Source of the DNA: Opitutia bacterium
Lineage (GTDB): Bacteria; Verrucomicrobiota; Verrucomicrobiia; Opitutales; T3Sed10-336
NCBI GenBank assembly: GCA_050506795.1
Contig: JBJHCF010000048.1
Span: forward strand, 1 to 36,088
Direction: 5' to 3'
DNA length: 36,088 nucleotides
Shown: piece by piece, positions 28,959 through 36,088 of the stretch
How positions within the stretch are numbered: the first letter of the stretch is position 1
Layout: each line of letters starts with the position of its first letter
The notes under the pieces: model-generated
What the model was told of the DNA's origin: nothing
The model's input: only the letters and a program-made list of their open reading frames with translations
The model's database searches: none
Position numbers and translations under genes: made by a program

Positions 28959-30748
28959 GGGGAATGCGCGATATGAATACGACTGCGGAAATTGATACAA
29001 AAACAATCGAGGGCGCGCCCGGCAAGAGCGATACCCAGGACAAGGGGCGCGGCTGGAATCTGCGCTCTCTGGTCGGTGGCTCGCGAACGTGCGATACGAC
29101 CGGAATGCCGGTCTGCCTCGACGGTCAGTTCTTTATCAGGGTCAACGCCGTGCTGGCGGTGGTGTTCCTTCTGATCGGCGGCGTCGCCGCCGTCCTGCTG
29201 GCGCTGACGCGTTGGGAGGCGGTGCACCTGCTGCCGCGCGAATGGTTTTATCGCATGCTGACCCTGCACGGGCTGAACATGCTGATCTTCTGGATCCTGT
29301 TCTTCGAGATCGCCGTGCTGTACTTCGCTTGTACGACCTTGCTCAATGCGCGATTATACTCGCGCAAAGTGGCATGGGTTTCTCTGGGAATGATGCTTAC
29401 CGGGGCCGTCATGGTGAATACGGTGATCTTCCAGGGGAAGGCGGACGTCCTCTTGACCTCCTACCTGCCCCTGCTGGCTCATCCTGCATTCTACCTGGGA
29501 ATCATCCTGGTCGCGGTGGGCACCCTGGTGGGAGTGTTCAATTTCTTCGCCACCCTGTATATGGCGCGGAAACACAAAACCTATGAAGGCTCGGTGCCGC
29601 TGGTGACCTTCGGGGCGACGGCGGCGGCGATCATCGCGGTGGTGACCCTGCTGCACGGGGCGATCGTCATGATTCCGACATTCCTTTACTCCATGGGCTG
29701 GATCGGTCAACCGGACCCCATGTGGTACCGGATGATCTGGTGGGGACTGGGACACCAATCGCAGCAGGTCAACGTAGCCGCCATGGTGGCGGTCTGGTAC
29801 ATGGTGGCCACCCTGACCACCGGGGCGAAACCGCTCAATGAAACGGTCTGCCGCGGAGCGTTTGTGCTCTATATTCTCTTTATTAATATCGCGTCGGCGC
29901 ACCACCTCCTGGTCGACCCCGGTGTCGGGGCCACCTGGAAGATTTGGAACACCTCCTACGCAATGTACCTGGCCGTCCTGGCCTCGATGATACACGGATT
30001 CACAGTGCCGGCTTCGGTGGAAGTCGCCATGCGCAACAAGGGTCATCGCAAGGGCCTCTTCGGCTGGCTGACCGCCGCGCCCTGGCGCAATCCGGCGTTT
30101 TCCGCGGTGGTGCTTTCGGTAGTGATCTTCGGATTTATCGGAGGCATAACCGGAGTGACGCTCGGTACGCAGCAGATCAACATCATCGCCCATAACACGC
30201 TCCGCATCCCGGGCCACTTCCATGCGACGGTGGTGGGGGGCACGACCCTGGCCTTTATGGGCCTCACCTATTACGTGGTGCCGCTCCTGTTCAGGAAGGA
30301 CTACATCCTCCGATCGGTGGCGCGGGTGCAACCGTGGATCTTCGCGGCCGGCATCACGCTTATGTCGTTCGGCAAGTCCTTTGCCGGATCCATGGGAGTG
30401 GCGCGGCGCACTTCGACCATCGGGCCGGCCGAGGAAGCCTATGGCGCGGCCGTGCACGTCTTCCTGGGAATGCTCGGAATCGGCGGGGTGCTGGCCTTCG
30501 TCGGGTTGATGCTCTTTGTGCTCCTGACCGTGGGAACTCTGCTCTTGGGCAAGTCGAACGTGGGACGCCCGATGGCCTGCTGGGGCAAACCGGTCGACCT
30601 GGAAGGCGCGGATATGCGCTCGCGTCCTGAACACGAAGAACACAAGACGCCGGGCACGGTGATCCTGGTGGGGGTTTTCCTCCTCGCGTTCGCGGTCTAC
30701 TACTTCGCCAACTGGGCCGCCCTGGCCGATGTTTGGCATGTGAGGTAG
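28955..30748 (+). CDS. Heme-copper superfamily subunit I, eNOR-type putative nitric oxide reductase
   Basis: All six His ligands present (TLHG, LGHQSQQ, SAHH, GHFH); H+4 position is Gln instead of Tyr; ATGA overlap with subunit II (alternative start 28973). Confidence 0.82.
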   Translation: MRGMRDMNTTAEIDTKTIEGAPGKSDTQDKGRGWNLRSLVGGSRTCDTTGMPVCLDGQFFIRVNAVLAVVFLLIGGVAAVLLALTRWEAVHLLPREWFYRMLTLHGLNMLIFWILFFEIAVLYFACTTLLNARLYSRKVAWVSLGMMLTGAVMVNTVIFQGKADVLLTSYLPLLAHPAFYLGIILVAVGTLVGVFNFFATLYMARKHKTYEGSVPLVTFGATAAAIIAVVTLLHGAIVMIPTFLYSMGWIGQPDPMWYRMIWWGLGHQSQQVNVAAMVAVWYMVATLTTGAKPLNETVCRGAFVLYILFINIASAHHLLVDPGVGATWKIWNTSYAMYLAVLASMIHGFTVPASVEVAMRNKGHRKGLFGWLTAAPWRNPAFSAVVLSVVIFGFIGGITGVTLGTQQINIIAHNTLRIPGHFHATVVGGTTLAFMGLTYYVVPLLFRKDYILRSVARVQPWIFAAGITLMSFGKSFAGSMGVARRTSTIGPAEEAYGAAVHVFLGMLGIGGVLAFVGLMLFVLLTVGTLLLGKSNVGRPMACWGKPVDLEGADMRSRPEHEEHKTPGTVILVGVFLLAFAVYYFANWAALADVWHVR

Positions 30749-30752
30749 CGAG

Positions 30753-30801
30753 AAAGTTCAAAGTACGAAGTTAAAAGTTAGAGGTTGAAACGTAAAAAGT
30801 G
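30753..30801 (+). repeat. Degenerate 7-bp tandem repeat
   Basis: aaagttc aaagtac gaagtta aaagtta gaggttg aaacgta aaaagtg. Confidence 0.5.
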
Positions 30802-30806
30802 AGGAT

Positions 30807-31802
30807 ATGATGAATGGAACTGAACAGGCCGTAGAGCGAGTGTGCCGATTTTTCGGCGGGGCCGGGTTTCCCGTCTTCCTTATCTCCGCGGCTGGTTTTT
30901 ACCTGGCATTTCTGACGGCGGCCGTCTTTTGGCCGCCGTCGGAGGGGCTGGTGGGAACCTTTGCCACCGATTTTCGTGTCTGGTGTTTTGGATACGAACC
31001 GGGAACCGGCGCCATGCGCTGGAGCTGGGTTTGGATCATGTTGACCCAGCCGTTTATCCTGCTGGGAATCGCTCTCGGGTTCTGGCGGGAACCGATCGCC
31101 GAGCTTTGGCGACACCGCAAGACGGGGTTTCTGGCACCGGCGGTTTCCGGAGTCGTTTCCGCGGTGGCGTTGGGCGGGGGACTGCTGGCGTTGGCGTTCG
31201 AGCCCGGCGACCGGCCGTTGGAGCCCTTTCCCGGTGAGCGGATCCGAACCGCTTTGGCGGCGCCGGAGTTCACGCTGCACAACCAGGACGGTGACGTGGT
31301 TTCACTGTCCGATTACCAGGGAAAGGTGGTTCTGTTGACCGCCATCTACGCGACCTGTCCGACGGCCTGTCCCATGATCGCCCTGCAGGCGAAACGCAGC
31401 ATCGACCGTTTGGATGAGGATCTGCGGGACGAGGTCACCATTCTGGCGGTTTCCCTCGATCCGGAAGGCGATACCATGGAGAAGATGGCGGTGGCGGCAG
31501 AGGCCTATGGGATGAGCGCGCCGCAGTTTCATTTTCTCAATGGTGAGCCCGACGAGGTCAACCGGGTGCTCGATCGGTTGCAGGTGGCGCGAATGGCGAA
31601 TGAAAAAACCGGGGAGATCGACCACGCCAACCTCTTCTTCCTCATCGACCGGGGCGGAACCATCGCCTACCGTTTCAATTTGAGTGAACGCCACGAAGAG
31701 TGGCTGATCGAAGCGTTGCGCAGCCTGGTTGAGGAAGATCCGCCGGGAAGCGCACCCGTCCATGCCATTGATCGGCGGAAGGAGAGTCCGTTTGCGGGTT
31801 GA
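30807..31802 (+). CDS. SCO1/SenC copper chaperone with N-terminal multi-TM domain
   Basis: CPTAC (CxxxC), VSLDPEGD, IDH; three hydrophobic segments before the thioredoxin fold. Confidence 0.9.
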   Translation: MMNGTEQAVERVCRFFGGAGFPVFLISAAGFYLAFLTAAVFWPPSEGLVGTFATDFRVWCFGYEPGTGAMRWSWVWIMLTQPFILLGIALGFWREPIAELWRHRKTGFLAPAVSGVVSAVALGGGLLALAFEPGDRPLEPFPGERIRTALAAPEFTLHNQDGDVVSLSDYQGKVVLLTAIYATCPTACPMIALQAKRSIDRLDEDLRDEVTILAVSLDPEGDTMEKMAVAAEAYGMSAPQFHFLNGEPDEVNRVLDRLQVARMANEKTGEIDHANLFFLIDRGGTIAYRFNLSERHEEWLIEALRSLVEEDPPGSAPVHAIDRRKESPFAG

Positions 31803-31857
31803 GCGAATGGCTCGAACCTCGGGAATCCGATTAGGTGGCTCGTGTGCGCGGTGGAGA

Positions 31858-32025
31858 ATCTCACACGGAGGCACACCTTCGACGAGCTCAGGCCGGGAAG
31901 AGACACGGAGGAAAGGCATGAGGGGACCCGCGGACGAGCGAGGGTACTGGGAGACCTTGTCCACTTCGTCCTTCTCACGCTTTATTTCCGAAAATCTCCG
32001 TGGGCTCCGTGGCTCCGTGTGAGAT
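31858..32025. repeat. Dispersed inverted-repeat element (CACRRAG x3 arms) with a nested 25-bp insert in the left arm
   Basis: atctcacacggaggcac[accttcgacgagctcaggccgggaa]gagacacggag ... ctccgtgggctccgtggctccgtgtgagat. Confidence 0.8.
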
Positions 32026-32108
32026 CCTGCGGCGCTTGGAATCGATTTCTATCGGATATATTCTGGAGTGAGTTTAAGACTGGAGTTGGTTTTGAAGGGA
32101 ATTGAGGA

Positions 32109-34307
32109 ATGAGGCAAAGTGTGAAAAAAGAATCCGGGGCGGATGGCTCCGGCTGGATGGCTTTCGCCTGGGAGGAGAAGGAATTTCCAGGAGCTACGAG
32201 TCATGGTGGACCGGATACAACCGAGGGCGAAGCCGATGTTCCGAAACCGCGCCGGACAACGACCGGTGTTTCTGGCGAGAAAATCCGAGGCGAATCTTTC
32301 CTGCGACGGATTGACGGTTGGTTCGGACGTTTCGACGGGGTTTTGGATCGCTCGATCCCGGAGAGCCTGAATCCGTTGGCGCGTACCGGTGCCATTGCCA
32401 ACACTACTTTTCTGATCGCCGCCTTCACCGGCGTTTTTCTTTTGTTCTGGTATTCGCCCAGTGTGCATTACGCTTACGATTCTCTCGAGGCGCTGCGTAC
32501 GGATTCACCATTGGGACAACTCATGCGTTCGTTGCACCGGTACAGTTCGGACGCCTGTATGCTTTTTGTGGTGCTGCACATCGTGCGGGTGCTGGTGGCC
32601 CGCAAGTTCACCGGGGCGAGATCATTGGCCTGGATCACCGGGGTGTTTATTCTGGGGGTCTTGATGGTGATCGGGTGGAGCGGATACTGGCTGGTGTGGG
32701 ATGAACGGGCGCAACAGGTGGCCCTGGGCGTCGCTAAAATGTTCGACGTGCTGCCGGTCTTTTCCGAACCCCTGACCCGGTCCTTCCTGGTGGCTGAGAA
32801 GGTGCCTTCGCTTTTCTTCTTTCTGGTTTTCTTCGTTCACATGCTGCTGCCGCTGGCGATCGCGGTCATGTTGTGGCTGCACCTGAGCCGGGTCAGTCGT
32901 CCCAAACTCTTCACCAGCCTGCCGCTGACGGCGTGGATCCTGGGCACGTTAGTGGTGCTTTCGCTGGCGCTCCCCGCCGAGAGCGCCGGTCGCGCGGACT
33001 TGTCGGTGCAACCGGAGGGATTTGGCATGGACTGGTGGTACCTCTGGCCGCTGGTGTTGACCGATCGCCTCGGGGGTGGAGCCTTGTGGGGGTTGCTCTT
33101 TGTGGGAACGCTGGCGTTTTGCGCGGTGCCGGCTTTGATGCGAAAGAAGACGACGGCGTTGGCGGCGGCGCGGGTCGACACGAATGCCTGCCAGGGCTGC
33201 ACCCTGTGCTCGAAGGATTGTCCGTTTGACGCCATTCGGATGGTGGCCAGGGACAGGGACGGGAAAGGTCCGAAGTGGCAAGCGCTGGTGGATGCGGACA
33301 AATGTGTTTCCTGTGGGATTTGCACGGGGGCGTGCGATTCGGACGCCATCGCGATGCCGGGATTCGAGGCGCTGACGGAGAAGCAGGCGGTGAGCGAATG
33401 GGTCCGAGCGCGGAAAGAAAAAGGGGAGGAAGCGTTCCTTGCCTATGTTTGCGGCGAGTCGACTGACAACCTGGCCATCAATGGAGTGACGGGGCGGTCA
33501 CCGGCGTTGCCCGGCTACCGTGTGCGTTCCGTGCCTTGTGCCGGTTGGGTGAGCGCTCCGCTGCTCGAGCATGCGTTGCAGGAAGGAGCCTCCGGAGTTC
33601 TGATACTGGGATGCCGTTCGGGCGAGGCGCGTTATCGTGAGGGTGCGGACTGGCTGGAGGCGCGTCTGGACGGCAAACGGAAGCCGATACTGCGTCCCCG
33701 ACTCGCCGAGCGCCAGCGGGTGCGGTTTCTCCGCATGACGCCCGCGTCCAGGGACGAGGTGGCCGCGGCGGCGACCTCGTTTCGCCGGGAACAGTCGCTG
33801 GCGACATCCCCACGCAAAGGCCGTCTGGCGGCGTGGGCGGTGGGAATCTTGCTGGCAGCGGCCTTCGCGCTGGCCACCTGGGCTGGGAGCGAAGCGCCGT
33901 ATGTGGCGCCGGATGGGTCGCCCGAGTTGATCGTCTCGTTTCGTCATTCCGGCGAACTTCTGGAAGAAGAACGTCGGCTCACCGAAGAAGAACTGGAGCG
34001 CCTGCCACCGCACATGCGCACGGAGTTCGTGTCCAGCGGAGAAAGGGTCCCGGTCCGGTTGCGGGTGTATCTGGACGGGGAGCTACTGGTGGAACAGGAG
34101 TACCGTCCTCGCGGCTTGCGTCGCGACGGCCCCAGCACCGCCATGGAGCGCATCGAACTGCCCGAGGGCACCCATACATTGCGGGTGCTTATCAACGACA
34201 CCACCAACCCCGGCGCCTGGCCGCACGAATGGAACGGCGAAGTCGAAGTCGACGCCCGCGATCGCCGCGTCCTGCTCTTCGGAAGCGACGGGTTTGCGTT
34301 GTATTAG
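32109..34307 (+). CDS. Fusion of cytochrome b, 2x[4Fe-4S] ferredoxin, MvhD/FlpD-like domain and a TM-anchored C-terminal domain
   Basis: SLHRY...VLH and FVHM...WLH heme b His pairs, SGYWLVWD, MDWWY (PEWY-like); CQGCTLCSKDCP and CVSCGICTGAC; AYVC, VPCAGWV, LILGCRSGEARY. Confidence 0.85.
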   Translation: MRQSVKKESGADGSGWMAFAWEEKEFPGATSHGGPDTTEGEADVPKPRRTTTGVSGEKIRGESFLRRIDGWFGRFDGVLDRSIPESLNPLARTGAIANTTFLIAAFTGVFLLFWYSPSVHYAYDSLEALRTDSPLGQLMRSLHRYSSDACMLFVVLHIVRVLVARKFTGARSLAWITGVFILGVLMVIGWSGYWLVWDERAQQVALGVAKMFDVLPVFSEPLTRSFLVAEKVPSLFFFLVFFVHMLLPLAIAVMLWLHLSRVSRPKLFTSLPLTAWILGTLVVLSLALPAESAGRADLSVQPEGFGMDWWYLWPLVLTDRLGGGALWGLLFVGTLAFCAVPALMRKKTTALAAARVDTNACQGCTLCSKDCPFDAIRMVARDRDGKGPKWQALVDADKCVSCGICTGACDSDAIAMPGFEALTEKQAVSEWVRARKEKGEEAFLAYVCGESTDNLAINGVTGRSPALPGYRVRSVPCAGWVSAPLLEHALQEGASGVLILGCRSGEARYREGADWLEARLDGKRKPILRPRLAERQRVRFLRMTPASRDEVAAAATSFRREQSLATSPRKGRLAAWAVGILLAAAFALATWAGSEAPYVAPDGSPELIVSFRHSGELLEEERRLTEEELERLPPHMRTEFVSSGERVPVRLRVYLDGELLVEQEYRPRGLRRDGPSTAMERIELPEGTHTLRVLINDTTNPGAWPHEWNGEVEVDARDRRVLLFGSDGFALY

Positions 34308-34410
34308 GCTCTTGTCGTGGGGTACGGTTTGTCGAAAAGGAGGGCAATAACCGCAACTGTAATTCATCTGCGGATCTGGCGAAAATACTAACCGATGTCT
34401 TTGTTGTTCC

Positions 34411-36088
34411 CACACGGAGTCACGGAGACACAAAGGGGTTGAGTGAAAAAAAGTAAAACGGAACGCCTCGTGATACGGCAAGTGTCATTCTATGGTCCAG
34501 CTTTTCAGCAAAGAGCTCCGTTATCCACCTTCACCCGGATCCCACAGTTCTTCCCTTTGTGTCTTTGTGGCTCTGTGTGAGAAAATGATTTGTTTCGAGT
34601 TTTCGTGCGGCATGGGTAGTTTGTTGTGTGGTTCGGGCTGAGAGGTCTGAATAAAAGGCATGGGTCTCACACGGAGCCACAAAGACACAAAGGGGGGCGA
34701 AATGGAATGACTCGTCTTACGGCGATTGATTTTTGAATGCCTCAGCTTTCCGCAAACGCGCCCGTTCATTCGCCTTCATTCTGTACCAAGGTTCTTCCTT
34801 TGTGTCTTCGTGGCTCTGTGTGAGAAAATGATTTGTTTCGAGTTTTCGTGCGGCATGGGTAGTTTGTTGTTGGGTTCGGGCTGAGAGGTCTGAATAAAAG
34901 GCATGGGTCTCACACGGAGCCACAAAGACACGGAGGGGGGGCGAAATGGAATGACTCGTCTTACGGCGATTGATTTTTGAATGCCTCAGCTTTCCGCGAA
35001 CGTTCCCGTTTATTTGCCTTCATTCGGTACCCAAGGTTCTTCCCTTTGTGTCTTCGTGTCTCCGTGTGAGAAAATGAATTGTTTCGAGTTTTCGTGAGGC
35101 ATGGGTAGTTTGTTGTTGGGTTCGGGCTGAGAGGTCTGAATAAAAGGCATGGGTCTCACACGGAGCCACAAAGACACAAAGGGGTTGAGTGGAGAAAGCA
35201 AAATGGAACGACTCGTGAGACGGTAAGTTTTTTATAATCGAATTCGTCCGCAATCACTCCCGGCTCCCAAGGTTCTTCCCTTTGTGGCTTCGTGTCTCCG
35301 TGTGAGAAAATGATTTGTTCTTAAGGCTTCAGACGGAAGCGTTTGAGTGGAAGGCGTGGGCTCCGTGTGAGTTGTTCTGAGTCCTTGTTCATTGGGATTT
35401 TTCGTCTTCCTCGAGCGTACCATCGATTACGCGTCGGATTCCGTCTTTCATCATGGCGGCGCCGAAGTTGAGCAAATACCCGAGTTTCAATCCACGAAGA
35501 CGTAGGTAAGTCAGGAGTTGTTTCTTGTGAACGGGAAGGGTGTTTTCGACCGATTTTAGTTCGAGGATTACTTTATCGGCTAAAATGATATCCGCCCGAA
35601 AGCCCTCATCGAAGTGTATGCCGTCGTATTGGATGGGAACGGGTACCTGGCGGGCGACGGAGAAACCCCGTTTTTCCAGTTCTCGCGCGAGCACAACTTC
35701 GTACACCGTCTCCAGTAGGCCGGGTCCGAGATTTCGATGAATTTGGATGGCCGCGTCGACCACTTGTTTACCGATTTTATTTTCGTGAGGCATGGGTAGT
35801 TTGGTTTGGGTTCAGGATGATGGGTCTGAATCAAAGGCAATGGGTCTCACACGGAGCCACAAAGACACGGAGGGGGGAGTTAATTGGAATGACTCGTCTT
35901 AAGGCGATTGTTTTGCCTGCCCCGTTTTTTTCGCAAGCACTCCCGCTCCTTCGTCTTCACGCGGATCCGACAGTTCTTCCTTTGTGTCTTTGTGGCTCCG
36001 TGTGAGAAAATGATTTGTTTCGAGTTTTCGTGTGGGATGGGTAGTTTGTAGTTGGGTTCGGACTGAGGTCTGAATGGAATGCAATGGG
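34411..36088. repeat. Tandem array (period about 245 bp) of inverted-repeat-bounded units; runs off the window end
   Basis: Arm tctcacacggagccacaaagacac(aa/gg)aggg at about 34411, 34665, 34908, 35154, 35845; reverse-complement arm at about 34553, 34797, 35042, 35278, 35979; conserved ~82-bp linker and variable 94-115-bp spacers. Confidence 0.92.
35389..35793 (-). CDS. GxxExxY protein (PD-(D/E)XK nuclease-like fold)
   Basis: LGPGLLETVYE, FRADII, ILELKSV, QLLTYL, GYLLNFG. Confidence 0.93.
   Translation of the reverse strand: MPHENKIGKQVVDAAIQIHRNLGPGLLETVYEVVLARELEKRGFSVARQVPVPIQYDGIHFDEGFRADIILADKVILELKSVENTLPVHKKQLLTYLRLRGLKLGYLLNFGAAMMKDGIRRVIDGTLEEDEKSQ

Noticed and set aside
28955..30748. 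Canonical aa3/ba3/cbb3 oxygen reductase, or cNOR/qNOR
   Set aside because: No H-P-x-V-Y Tyr; no H-x-x-x-E motif typical of cNOR/qNOR; the partner subunit is CuA-type
34521..35423. Short minus-strand ORFs (63-82 aa) in the array, some containing MPHEN
   Set aside because: They are translations of the repeat; frames differ between units, so a conserved peptide is unlikely
34411..36088. CRISPR array
   Set aside because: Repeats alternate in orientation, the period is about 245 bp, spacers are homologous to each other, and no cas genes are present

Overview
GC-rich bacterial chromosome segment; gene content and order suggest Verrucomicrobiota/Opitutales (inference). Bases 1-20.5 kb are mostly housekeeping: Dus, DUF151, a family-B DNA polymerase, PfpI, a lipoprotein, MoeB-rhodanese, TauE, rpoN, a Ser/Thr kinase, IscA, the nusA-infB-rbfA-DHH-truB-ribF operon, a receiver protein, an FKBP and fabV. 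Bases 20.6-26.3 kb hold a probable transposase remnant, a nuclease-DinG helicase fusion and a xylonate dehydratase plus FAH-family pair. Bases 26.7-34.3 kb are a respiratory cluster behind an FNR/DNR-type box: a degenerate heme-copper oxidase subunit I paralog, a small subunit, a CuA subunit II, a subunit I with Gln at the cross-linked Tyr position (eNOR-type NO reductase signature), a membrane SCO, and a cytochrome b-2x[4Fe-4S]-MvhD-like fusion. From 34.4 kb to the window end is a ~245-bp-period array of inverted-repeat-bounded units. One unit carries a complete GxxExxY nuclease-fold gene; the others look like empty derivatives that keep its leader and first codons, separated by mosaic ~100-bp spacers. 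Two dispersed relatives of the repeat lie before and within the respiratory cluster. All calls come from reading motifs by eye; no searches were run.
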